Below are positions 29,256 through 42,800 of a stretch of 64,000 nucleotides of DNA, piece after piece (the first letter of the stretch is position 1; every line of letters starts with the position of its first letter). The notes under the pieces were generated by a model. That model was not told the DNA's origin. It was given only the letters and a program-made list of their open reading frames with translations, and ran no database searches. This DNA comes from Eledone cirrhosa (Eukaryota), in the NCBI GenBank assembly GCA_964016885.1, contig OZ024741.1:137888001-137952000 (forward strand), in the 5' to 3' direction. The translations under genes and the position numbers were made by a program.

Positions 29256-30504
29256 TATATATATTTATATATATATATATATGGGCGATTGGTCAAGCTG
29301 TTCAATTTACATTCACGAATGTCTTTGATGGATCCAACAACATAGTCACCAGCTGTTCGTACCATTAATTCGAACGTAAATCCTAGGCACCCGATGCTCC
29401 GTTAAGTGTAGCTAACCAATATGATAAATATGCAAGTGTACATTTTAATCTTTGATTACGTGGGTTAAACTGAGTAAACAGTTAACTCGCATTGTTGAAC
29501 CCTACGCTAATTAATTTCATGCAAGTAGTATGTATGTATCAACCCATAACTCTAGGTGGGAACACGGCCAATTTCGTCCAGAGAAAGATATAGAGTAAGA
29601 GTGTGCGTGTGTGTGTGTGTGAGCGTGTGTGTGCGTGTGTGTATACATGTGTGTGTGTGTATGTGAGAGAGAAAGAAGGGAGAGAGAGAGTATGTGTGTA
29701 TGAGAAAGAGAAGGGAGAGAGAGTGTGTGTGTATGAGAGAGAGGATGTAATAGAGTGCCATGAATGAAGAATCGCGCTCAGGTGGACAAGCGGTAAATAA
29801 AATATGAGAAATTATTTATTTATTCTTTGTCTAAATTGATTGAACTGTTTGCATGCAGTTGTGCATGATGTGAATAAACCACCATGTTGTTTATTGAGTT
29901 GTTTATTGGCTCTGGTACTTGTTAGCATTAGAGGAAGTGCTTAAATGTCAGGAGCAAATATGTTATCTTTTCAGTTCAAAGGCAAAACCAATATGTGAAA
30001 TCATGGAAGGCGAATTTACATCCATCCATCTCGACACCTCTAACTGAAAGTTCTAGCCGATACAGCTCAGCACCAATGTCACATCTAATGTTTGCTTCAA
30101 ATTGCGTGCACTTACAATGAAATATTATTTTTTATTGAAGACCACAACGCACCATTTTTTCTAGGAATCACGGTATCACGGTACTAAATCCAGCAGGTTA
30201 ACTGCTAGACCACACCAGTGCATTGCCATATAGTCGGGAGAAAACATTTCTCTCGAGGAAATCAATTAAACATTTCTGAATTGACGCATCCCCATTTTAA
30301 ATGAAAAAAAAAGAAATACTTCGACTTAAATCTATTTGGTGTAACTATGGCCCATCCTCCCACGACGTTCCTCAATATTTACACCCTGTTTCATGGGTAA
30401 GGTTTCTGTCATTATTTATTTATTATATGGTTTTTCATTTTAGTTAATTTCTATGTGAATATTTGAGTACACAAACCCACAGAGAGGTACATGTACGTAA
30501 AATC

Positions 30505-30535
<31 letters not shown>

Positions 30536-30537
30536 TG

Positions 30538-31665
30538 GGATAACAAATTGTCGTTATAGGTAATCCAGTTAGAGCTTATGAATAGTATTGTGGATAGTTT
30601 TAACGTACAGCGTTGTTTGACTCAACAAGAGGTTTCCTTAGGTAGCGAGTTTTTGAGTTAATCTTGGAGTAAAAATAGTGAAAGAGTGAAGAATAACATG
30701 GTCAACATTACAAAAAGGATTTTATTTACAGTATTAACAATTGTTTCATTGATTAAGTTGTCTAAAAATTGCTAATTACTTGAAGTTGTGTCACTTCATT
30801 TTAAATACAATGCATGCTTAACCAAACATCAGAAAAGCTGTTTAAAATTATACACGGCGTTTGTAATATAATAGCGAAATTCAAATTACAACATCAATAA
30901 TAAAGAAAGAAAAAAAGAGAAAGAAAAAGAAAGAAGAGAGACGAAAAAAGAAAAAAAGAAAAAAAGAAAAAAAGAAAAAAAGAAAAAAAGAAAAAAAGAA
31001 AAAAAAGAAAAAAAAAGAAAAAAGAAAAAAGAAAAAAGAAAAAAGAAAAAAGAAAAAAGAAAAAAGAAAAAAGAAAAAAGAAAAAAGAAAAAAGAAAAAA
31101 GAAAAAAGAAAAAAAGAATAAATAAATAAATAAATAAATAAATAATAATAAATAAGTTATAATGAAGATGATAAAAAATAAATAAAATAAAATTTATATG
31201 TGTGCGAAGAGAAGTGAACATAATATGATTGTTGAAAATAGTTGTGGTGTTGGTGGTTAAAATATAAAGATGTGATGGTATAAACATGAAAATATTAAAT
31301 ATATACATATATGTATTGGTTAAATTAATAAATTAATAAATTAATAAATTAATAAATTGGAAGTTATTTTAGAAGTGAAGAGAATACGATAAGATATAAT
31401 GTAAGAGGTGAAATATATTTAGGGAAAGAGAATGAAAGAGAGACAAGTTAGGAGGTTATGATGTTGATTCATTGATTAGTTGATTTATTAACAGTTAATA
31501 ATAACAATAATGGGTTATTATAATAGAATCAGTTCAATTTTGCTGTTAAGCAGCATTTTGTCATATTTTAAAATATGGAGCAACTCCTTATTGCAAAGTC
31601 CGCAGTGGGACATTCCATTTCTGTAGGCCTTTGCCGTGACAATTTAGACCAGCTAATCCAGTATT
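30538..31665 (-). mobile_element. 3' end of another Hydra-type PLE (endonuclease C-terminus, pLTR and degenerate hammerhead)
   Basis: Minus strand 31521-31665 gives [40 protein letters not shown] (one frameshift), aligning with the end of the 57577 ORF; hammerhead-like motif at 30729-30840. Confidence 0.7.
30900..31155. repeat. (GAAAAAA)n / (AAAT)n low-complexity repeat
   Basis: Seen directly. Confidence 0.9.
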
Positions 31666-31724
31666 GTATATTTATATACATATGTGTGTGTATGTATGTG
31701 TCTCTGTGTGTTTGTGTGTGTATG

Positions 31725-31798
<74 letters not shown>

Positions 31799-31799
<1 letters not shown>

Positions 31800-31991
31800 C
31801 GAAGGAAATGTGGTAAGGAACCAGGTGGACCATAACGCACCAAAGTACTCAATACTTAGGGTAGTAAAGTGGGTAATAGGAACAAGTAAGACCCCGACGG
31901 CTGAGCTCAAGCCGTTTCGACGGCTAATTCAGTCCAGAATTAGCCGTCGAAACGGCTTGAGCTCAGCCGTCGGGGTCTTACTTGTTCCTAT
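31799..31991. mobile_element. Fold-back mini-element family B (copy 3)
   Basis: Homologous to 6580-6774; hairpin centre gacggctaattc-agtcca-gaattagccgtc. Confidence 0.85.
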
Positions 31992-32907
31992 ATATATATA
32001 TATATATATATATATAAGTGTGTGTGTGTGCAGAAGCCAGAGTATTTACAATTCACTGGATAAGGATGATTATTGACAAATGCCAAACGTCTAATAATCC
32101 AAACAGAAGCACTATAATGTACTAACATTAACCAGGAAATGACACGGAATAGCAGATTAGTTCTGTTTACTGCCGTAGAGGAGTGTATTCAAATAGAAAC
32201 AACATAGTACACCTATGTCAACGAAGTCCTGTCCATGAATAGCAGATTGATTTTCTTCTGTTTATTCTATAACCTTCAAGCATTGAAGATAGAAAGCTGC
32301 GTGCGTGTGTGTGTGTTTATAAATAAAGAAATGTATATGTTTGTATAAACATAAAATTATAAATTTATATCGCTCGCTCGCTTTGATCGATCGACAAGAT
32401 AACACACATCATTCGCTTGCTGAGTGGGGTGGATTTCATTAAATCGGACCAAGGAAACATTGGTCTTTCCACTGCTAATACTATCTACCGGACGCACCTC
32501 CTGGCAGAAGGAGCAACGTGAAAAAAGTGTCTTCCTTAAGGACACAACGCATCACTCGGTCCGAGAATTGAACTCGCAATCTCACGATTACGAATCCAAC
32601 TCTTCAACCACTGAACCACGCGCCTTCATAAATTTATATGCAAACTAAATATGATAGAAATAATTTGACGCTATCGAGCAGGAATTGACCGAAGCATCTA
32701 TTGTACTTGACAATGGTAGAGAATTACTATTTGAAAATAACCCGATATATTTTAACATCAAATTTAACGCATGCAATTAAGTTACTGCTATTGTCATATC
32801 ACATAACGATCAGCAGAATGTAAGCAATCGTTAATTTACCAGCCGATACCTGGTATGCAACTTGTGAATCATTCAACTCTCGCAGATATTACCGTCAAGT
32901 TTGGTCG

Positions 32908-33292
32908 ATGTTGAATTGGCAGTATCGGTAGGGGGTTGAACGCCATGCTTTCTAGCATAGTTACGTCACTTTACGAGTTCATATCCCGTCGAAGTTAACT
33001 TTTCCTTTCATCCTTACGGGGTCGATGAAATAAAGTACCAGTAATGTACTGGGTATTTGCTGGCCTTGTGCCAAAGGTAGAAACAATTATTATCCTTGTA
33101 TATAGCGGTGGATAGGCAGTATCGGTAGAGGGTCGGAAACTATGCTTTGGATCATAGAGTTACGGCCCTTTATATCTGACTTCAAATCCCACCGAGGCTA
33201 ACTTTGCCTTTCATCCTTACGGGGTCGATAAAATAAAGTACCAGCAATGCACTGGGATAATTGCTGGCCTTGTGCCAAAAGTAGAAACAATT
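32908..33292 (+). mobile_element. Dimeric MetaSINE-like SINE (copy 2)
   Basis: Same linker and second-unit diagnostic bases as 22256-22650. Confidence 0.88.
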
Positions 33293-34932
33293 AGTATCAT
33301 TGTATATAGATATGTTAGTTAAGTTGATCATACAAAACTTAGCACTTGTTAAATTTTGATAAATTTTACGTCCATGTAACATATTGTTGCATGACATTTT
33401 AAATATCCTTCTCTTTCTTTCTCGCCTAGTTTATCCTCATACACTTCGTGTTTGTTCTCACTTCTTTTGCTTACTTTCAAGAAGGACTTTTATACACATG
33501 CGTAGCAACTTCCACCACCGTGCGCTGACGGCATCGAGTAGATAAACTCAGTCCGGCTCATTCTATAGCCCATCATATATTTATTTAGCTAGGTATTTCA
33601 TTTCGTATTAATGTTCATGATATGACTTGGGTTCCTTTCATTAAAACAGCCATGATGCATTCTGTGCTATACAATTTCGTAGGTAACTAGATATCCTACA
33701 TACGTGGGAGCTGTAAATTTTAATTTATCAAGTCAATATGTATTATTCAATAAGTATTAGTGGTTTTCTAGTGTACAACATTTTATCTTCAAAGGAAAAA
33801 CGGTCTGAACAATGTTTACGTTTGCAAAGTATATTCACTTTAACATCCAATGTTTTATATTTTATGTATTACATATCTAGCTATTTCTTCACACGAAACT
33901 AAAGTATTTTGCTGATGATTTATTAGCAAAACAACATTTAATAACATGTTTATGTCGCTACTCATGAGGCTAATAAAATATTTATCCAACTAACTTTAGG
34001 ATGATTTTGAAACGTAGAGATAGAGAAGTAAAGTTACTTTAAAAGAAAACGCACCATCACATTTCGTTTATCCCCTTACAGCATAGGAAGGCTTTTAAGA
34101 AATAAATAAGAAATATACGGAACTGTCAATAAATAGAATTCAGTTATACCAACAGATGATTGCAAATGCATGAAGTATCATCTCTGGGGTTTTAAGAAAC
34201 TTTCTTACAAGAGAAAATGGTATTGGCTCCGCGTAAAACTTATTCAGTTTCTTATAGTTTAGAATGATCAAATCATTGTGCTGTCGCACGCAAGCAAATA
34301 GTAGGGGGGGGGGGGCGATAAATATCAGAATAATTGGAAGGATTTTGGTTGCTAACACGTACTGGATTCGCTTAAATATGTTTAACTGTGTTTAAACAAT
34401 TATCTCAGTTAACATTAGACAATTTGCCCGATGAGAAGAAGGTAAAGAGTGGGCTCTAATTAGAGGAATGACTTGTTAGATGTATCAGCCAAGTCTCTAT
34501 CACATTAAACGCCTGCCATTAAAAAAGCAAAAGACATATACTGTAGACAATATAGTATTTAGAATAGGAAACAACAGATTACTCATGGAAAGATCACCTT
34601 TCCTAAAATTTCGGCCCATTCAACACTGACGAATGGATTTTCAAGATGATTATCTTATATATAGTAATTCTTTCATTCTTTCATGAAGTATCTAAACATG
34701 AATTTGTCCAGCGATAATCAATTTAAATTCCTTGGTTAGTAAACGTCAATTGATTTTTTTTCTTTTCTTTTATAATCGGTGAAAAGCTGCATCTATGGTG
34801 TTAGGTTCCCAACCGATGAATCACAGTTTCACTGCATATCAGAAAGTTTTCTTAGTTTTTTGTGTTGCTATCTATATCTCCCTATTTATCTAAATATAAT
34901 ATGCATACTATCACGCACGCACACACACACAG

Positions 34933-34977
<45 letters not shown>

Positions 34978-36842
34978 AACAACCATAGACACAGAGACAC
35001 ATACATTCACACACATATACATATATATATATACAACGTATGCTCATGTCTTTTCTGTCCGACACGTATGATGTACCTCTGTAGCTATATATTTTTACAT
35101 ATATCCTCAACGCTTAATAAGTTTTTATTGACTGGGTTTGTTTTATCTTGTACTTTGAAGGCGTAGATTATTCAAATTAATGTTTAGACGAAGCTCTCCA
35201 GGGATATAGGAATAACAAGGCTAAGTTAATTCTCTTATAACATTTTCAGTCTTGCATGTTAGGAGCTGAAGGACTATTATTAATAGATTACGGTGGGGAG
35301 AGGTTTCTGTATAGGAATATTTAATACTGAGACTATGATAGAAAGCACATTAGATGTGAATGTTGGAGGAGGCGCTGAAGACATATTAGGGCTTAGAACA
35401 ATATATTACACACATAAACTTTGATCGTTCTGCAACTCATTTCTTCAACAGGGTAGTAAACGCCAGTACATACCAGATTGATGAACGTTCCAAACTTAAT
35501 ATATATTCTACTAAAATCTTCCATTTGTTTAGCTAATATAAATCATAGCTGCTGCTGATAATGTTGGTAATATTCCTCTTATTTAAGCCCAAGAGATAAA
35601 TAAAATTAGCGTTTTCATATACCATTTAGTATCTTCATTGCATGTTCTTAGATATGACACATATACAAGAGAGCTAAATATAATATTACAAATTGTTTAC
35701 TAATCCTTACACTACAACACATATTTACACATTGGTTAGGATGGTGTTATTAGATTCCTCCTCATAGAACCGACCCACGACCATGCTTTTCAGGTATCAA
35801 CGTCTCGTGTTATCACCTTTATTTAGTTTTGTTCAAATACTTCCAATATCCAGTATGGCTTTCACTATTCTGAGATCGATAAAATATGAGTTATTCAAGT
35901 ATGTGACCGATATGATTGACTATACACATGTCTCCAAAATGTGTGGTGTTGTATTGATTTAAGAAACACTGTCTGTTATTTAGTAGAAATGTATGTTAGA
36001 TTCCGAGATACAAACATTGTTTTCCCTCAAGGCAGTATTCGCGTTACCATTAACGCCATCTAAACAGTCGAAAGGGTACAGAGCTCCAAAAGTCGTATTA
36101 TTGAACTTTAAAAATATTACAGTTTTATACAAATCTGTAGGCTTGAGTATAGAGCCAAAGAAGCAAAGAGGGGATCATATGGTCTTATGACCAATCACGT
36201 AATGTGACATTGAGGAATGAGAAGTGCGAAATGGAAAATGCAGTCTTAGTAATATTCTTAGCAATATCACAGCAAGAAGTGCCTAATCCCAGATTCGTTA
36301 CCTTAAATAGTAAATTGAAATTATTTCATATTGGAAACTGGGGATCATAACCGTGCTAATCTAAATTATTGTTTTGTAGATTACCATGAACTTGGGAATT
36401 CGTACGTAACAAAGAAAACTTGATTGTCATCTTCACAATTTTACCAAAACTAGAATGATGAACGTAGTATTCAATATCTAAACCAGTGATTCGAATCACT
36501 GTTACACTTTTTCTCACCAACAATCTAATTTCTTCACATCATATACTTCATATTTGCGTATTCATTCTTGCTCTGTTACTATGCCTTATTTATTTTTCTC
36601 TTTCACTTCTGCTTTTGTAAATACGTTTTGAAAGGTAGAATTGCATAATAATGCCTTAAGAAATGGGAACTCTTGCTGCCAATCTTGTGTCGTACATGGA
36701 GCGGTAAAACACAGTGAATACACTAGGGATATAACTAACATAACAATAGAACAATAATATATAAACTGAAAACACAGTCACACACACAACGCACAAACAA
36801 ATACGCACACGCACATCTATACCAATAGATGTAGATACGTTT

Positions 36843-36930
<88 letters not shown>

Positions 36931-36997
36931 ATATATATATATACATATATACACATATATATATATGTATGTGTGTGTTTGTCTATATGTATGTGTA

Positions 36998-37033
<36 letters not shown>

Positions 37034-37523
37034 AGTGGGGGTGTCTCTGTGTGTGTGTTTGTCTATATGTATGTATATGTATATAAATATATATATGTAG
37101 ACACACGTAAACAGACCTATGCATCCTCCTTACACACGTACACATATACATTCGATTCCCATTAATAGGAAAAATCCCTCCAATCCTTCGATCTCAGAAA
37201 AATAATTACTTTCATATGAAGGAAAACATCTTTATGTCCAATAGATGCAAAAAACGTTCCATTCTTGCCGCCTTAACTATTGTTCCAGTATTTTCTATTC
37301 ATGAAAATATTTGCACTGGAAAATAATTGAGAAAGGCCATTCTTTTCATTATCTTCCTAAATAATTTTCACTGGTTGGAAAGAAAACGTTTTAGAGGAAC
37401 ACAATACAACTTAGTTATTTGAAATACTTCAGATGACAGAGAAAAAATGTTAAGTTTTTTCGAAGGTAAACAATTATATACCTATACAAACACACGCACA
37501 CGCGCATGCGTGCGTGCATACAG

Positions 37524-37595
<72 letters not shown>

Positions 37596-37651
37596 TGAAA
37601 CAAAATGAAAACGAAATTTCATTTCTCACTCTTAGTATGGCACTTACTTAA

Positions 37652-38188
37652 ATGTAAGTATGCATGTATACGTACATACACATATGTATACAGACGTACA
37701 GTAGCATGCACATATATATATATATATATACATATATATACATACATATGCATACATGTACACATACATATATGCACGTATCAGTTTAGCGGCGCTTATT
37801 ATAACGTCGCTTTGTTCGTTTGTAAACAAACTGAACAGCCTGAATTTATGCCATACGGTGTTAAGGCAACCACGTCACCTTTTTGTTCAACACTGACACA
37901 GGAACGATGTACTAGTTTCAAGCTTGTTAGCTATCATCAGCACCGTTTACCCATCTGCCAGATAGTTGAACGTTCGAAAGTATATACTTTCCTTATGAAA
38001 ATTAACGGCTGAGCATCCTAATTTACATATTGAGTGAGTTAAAAAGGTGACGTGGTTGCCTTAACACCGTATGGCATAAATTCAGGCTGTTCAGTTTGTT
38101 TACAAACGAACAAAGCGACGTTATAATAAGCGCCGCTAAACTGATACGTGCATATATGTATGTGTACCTGTATGCATATGTATGTATA

Positions 38189-38222
<34 letters not shown>

Positions 38223-38274
38223 CATGCTACTGTACGTCTGTATACATATGTGTATGTACGTATACATGCATACT

Positions 38275-38279
<5 letters not shown>
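37652..38279. repeat. Long inverted duplication, arms 37652-37884 / 38041-38279
   Basis: Near-perfect ~235-bp arms that include an internal microsatellite; 156-bp spacer; right arm ends in (TA)n. Confidence 0.9.
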
Positions 38280-38308
<29 letters not shown>

Positions 38309-38468
38309 AACCCACACATAAATATGTTGCACGATGGTAGAAAAATCATGGAAATATCGTTATACGCATACATATAACGATATTTCCATGATTTTTCAAC
38401 TGAGAAGAATCCGTCTGTCACGATGAGGAATTGCACCTTCAAATCCCTCAATATATATATATATATAT

Positions 38469-39578
38469 ACGATATTAACAAATGGAAACTATATTTATAA
38501 AACCATATTTATTTCATTATACATATTTCAAGGATACCAAGTTAAATTATGTTATGCCTTCATCAGACAAAATACAATATATATCAGTTTTACAAATAAG
38601 CATTCACGTACCCTTTCAAAATGCGACCATTACTTTTGGAGGACATCAGGATAGTGGTTTGTTTATATTATTTTAGTAAGTCGTAGTGTTAAGGATAAGT
38701 ACAAAAGACGGAGAGAGAAAAGCGTGGAGAAAAGAAAGGGAGAGATAAATAAAGAAAAAGAGGAAAGAAAAGAAGAAAAAAAGAAGAAAAAAATAAGAAA
38801 ACAGAGGAAAGCAACAGAGAGATATCAAACCACCAGACAGAGAGAAACAACTCAAGAGAGAGATAAGAGATAGAGAGAGGGGGAGAGAGCGAAAACCTTA
38901 AGTCATGTCATATTAAGTTGAGTTAACAATTGAGATGAAATGAATAAATAAAATTAGAAATATTAATATTCATGAATGGAATATACGTATATAATATGAG
39001 AAATTAATCATTGTTTAATTATGATTAGATATTTAGTTTAAAAATTGAGATCAATATACTAAAAATTGGAATTTAAACATCACAAAATGTATCTTGCTAG
39101 AGAAATTACCTATTGCACAGCACGTATATATAGGCAAAGATACATAAATATATATATACACATACATTCAGAAAATACACATTATATCTACTCCCGCATA
39201 TAATATATACATACAGAGCATAAGTGATTTTTTTTTTTTTTAATTACTGCTATACATTCCTTGTGTTATTAAATAAAAATTCCCAGTATATATATAAATA
39301 TATAGGATTAACTTTCATGCATTTATGGCTGTTAAAATTATGCATATCTGCAATCAATGCTTATTTGTAAAACTGATATATAGTGTATTTTGTCTGATGA
39401 AGGCATACCATAATTTCACTTGGTATCCTTGAAATATGTATAATGAAATAAATATGGTTTTATAAATATAGTTTCCATTTGTTAATATCGTATATCTACT
39501 CCAAATACTTGTCGAGTGCTTTATATCAGTTATAAAAAATATTTACTTGTTGTATCCCAACAATTTAAATAGAACTTT

Positions 39579-39582
<4 letters not shown>
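38469..39582. mobile_element. Family C element with inverted arms (38469-38604 / 39356-39492) and a ~750-bp spacer
   Basis: Homology to 14982-15420; (TA)n flanks. Confidence 0.82.
39386..39450 (+). ncRNA. Minimal hammerhead ribozyme (mirror at ~38511-38575, minus strand)
   Basis: tattttgt-CTGATGA-aggcatacca...tggtatcctt-GAAA-tatgta-TA-atgaaata. Confidence 0.75.
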
Positions 39583-39612
<30 letters not shown>

Positions 39613-39803
39613 GTGTATACTTAAAAAAATAAATACACACACACACACATACCTATATATATATATGTGTATATATGAATATATGTATAGTATATTTGGC
39701 AATATACTGTATGCTTAATTAAACACATTTTGAAGACCTTTGCGCTATTATTTTAAAGTAGTGACTATGTCACTTACTTCTTTTTTCAACAAACAAAGGG
39801 AGA

Positions 39804-39849
39804 TAAGCTGACAGATCTGTTTCACACTGTTGGTGCTCATCAGAGCTTA
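39804..39849 (-). ncRNA. Canonical minimal type I hammerhead ribozyme (family D, element ~39676-39920)
   Basis: taagct-CTGATGA-gcac(caaca)gtgt-GAAA-cagatctg-TC-agctta. Confidence 0.88.
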
Positions 39850-42800
39850 GCACTCGTCGATGTTTGTTGAAAATTATGGAGGCTGGGTTCTTATATAATT
39901 CCAGTAATAATCAGAATCTGATATATATATATATATATGAGTGTATATATGTGTGTGTGTGTGTTTACGGATTAGAAAGAGCTGTCATTAATGGGTGCCT
40001 TTGCTATATCATATGTTAAACTCGATGAGGGATTTGTTTGTCTTTGTAGAGGGATATAAGGGCGCATACTTTCCAGGTGAGGAGAAAAATGTGACAAGCA
40101 ATTCCTTGGTGAGGATAAAAACTAAAACTTGGAGGGACACTTTTAAAAATGTTGTCCTTAATACTTTATATCCCAAATAGAAAATCATCATGGCAGTTGG
40201 GTCAGATATACTTTGTGTCTAGATACTAATAAATCCAAGTTAATAAAAAGCAGCTTATCATGCTGATCTAATGTTAGTTATTTGCGAACACATCCACAGA
40301 ACCATGGATATTCAAGTGTTCATTGCACAGTGCATATGAAGGCTGGAAGCCTGTTTTGTTAATTCGGCCAGGATTGCAGCTTCTTAAGAAGGATTGTATC
40401 TGAAGACATCTGACATACTCCTAAACACAATCTTAATATTATATAGGAACAAGATTCGTGGTCGATGACTGTTTTTTTTTTTTCGAAAGTTTCTTGCCAT
40501 TTTCTTTCTGAAGTCATTCTACGATGGTGTATATAATTTCGAAATAGCAGTTTGAGAGAAAATAATTATAGTTCAGCTACTCAATGCTGAATCTGTCTGG
40601 ACATATTTACCAAAGACAAAGAAGTAAAAGTTTTGTAACATAGTGTAATCAAATCTCTATATTAGTTGTACTACTCTCTTCTTAGAGAAGGTGTAGCTAA
40701 GTAGTTAGAGTGTTCAGCTAACCTTTCATCACGTTAATTCTTCGTGAGGACTACATTATGGCTACATGTGTCTGTGAATTCCCTTTCCATTATCGTATGA
40801 ATTTCATGAGAGGAGGTTGTTTCCTAGTTCGAAAATCTGGAACATTCACCGTCTAGATGTCCAACACTCACTTAAGTCATTTGAGTTGAGATCTTGTATT
40901 GTAACTGAAATATTTAGAAAGAGGGGTAGTTATGTTCCCCATTTAGAAGACTACGCAACAGTTACATCAACTTTCATTTATTTCTTGATATTATCTTTTC
41001 CTATTACTTCTCTTCAAGTTTCATTACCCTTGGAAACTAAAGCAGTTCCCTTACATCTATATTATTGTACGAAATATGATCCCAATTGCTGAGCACATAA
41101 CTTACTCCCTCCACCCAGAAAAACACCAATCTATAACGTAAAATTGAGAAAACGAATGCTCTAATATTAAGAAAAAGCAAACAGCAATATTTAGCGGGGT
41201 ATTTCAAGAAAAGGTTTCATTTGCACGCGATATCTTCAACTATACTAATGATTGTTTCCCGTTGTAAGTCAATATTTCATTTAACGGATAGTCTTCAAAT
41301 GGCCGTCACGTTTGTAACCACATTAAAGATAAATATGCATATATATGTTGATCTGTTGAATTAATAGCGAAAATTTCATTCGTATGATTGTTCCATTTAA
41401 AATACTATAAATAATTCTTTCTGAAATAACTCATCAACAAATCACTTTCACAATCCAGTTGAGAATATCTCGCATATGATTTCGTGTGAGTTCTAAAAAT
41501 AACTGATATTTCCAACTAAATTATATTTCGTAATTAGTCTGTTAAGATGACAATTAAATATATAGGATATTTTCATTGAAACAGTTTATGACTTCAAGCA
41601 AGTTAATTTACTTGGAAGTTTTATTATTGGAAATAAACTGCATTAAATAAGGTTTATGAGAAGAATGTAAAAGATAATCTTATCAAAAGGTAGAGATTTA
41701 AATTTTCTCTCTATACATGTATACAATATTGCATTATGCCTTGAAATATTATTTAATGAAATAATTGCACCTTTCAGGAAGTGTGATTTATTTAAATAGT
41801 TACTAAGAAATGAAATTCTTTTATGTAGAAACATGCATAATAGATTGATTTTCAGTTGAAAGATTTTAAGTAATATGATATAAAGCCTTAACGGCTATTC
41901 TTCATCTTGACACGGAACACTTTATATTCAACATGAATGACGAATGCATAAGGCTTCGTTGAATGAGTCAAGCTGATGAAAGAATTCTACGGATATTAGA
42001 ATTGTGGAATGATATAAATATATCATCAGCTAAGAATGACGTTGGTTTTATTGTGTTTTAGTCAATATTCATCAACAGAAACTTCCTACAAATCAACGAA
42101 TACGTACGGGTAAATATCATGAAAATATCTCGCTTATAAATGAATTCTCAATGATTATCGGCCAGTGAAATTGGTTACTCGAGCGTAAGTGGTAGTTAAT
42201 TATACATAAATTCAACACAAGAAACCACACACATATATCGGCTAATTTTTATTACAGTTAACATATCAGAAAATATAAATCTACATAGGTCAATGCAATG
42301 AAAGAATGTTTCTCGAGTCATCATTATGTCACGTGCTGCCGCTGCAAAGATGTGTGGCTTAGTGTTGAAGATGCTGGACACCCTACAATTAGATTGTTCG
42401 TTCAATTTGTTGATGTATTGTGCTAGACGCTTCATATCAGGATGCGTTTCATGATGAGACATTAAAATACCCAAGACACTTCCAATAAAATGAATTACTG
42501 ACAAAGAAGGTATGTATGCTCTCCTAACTTAATAACTGAAAAAAAAGTATTTTAAAGACATTATAATTGAGTGGAAAAAAGAATCTTTTTCAAAAGGAGA
42601 ACGACGACAGTTTTGCCACTAAAAAAAATGATGAATGTGAACTATCAGTTTGATTGATTTTGTATGATTAAAATGACTTCCATGATGCCGTCGATTTAGT
42701 AAAATACACGTTCTAAGATCATTTCACATGCCAAACAAGTATAACTGTGGCTAAAATGACATTTAAACTGTAATTCATTCCGTTTTGTCACCCAGTCTGA

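Noticed and set aside
42196-42504. 102-aa minus-strand ORF (and 63122-63352) as host exons
   Set aside because: No recognisable domain and no consistent donor or phase with neighbouring splice-like sites
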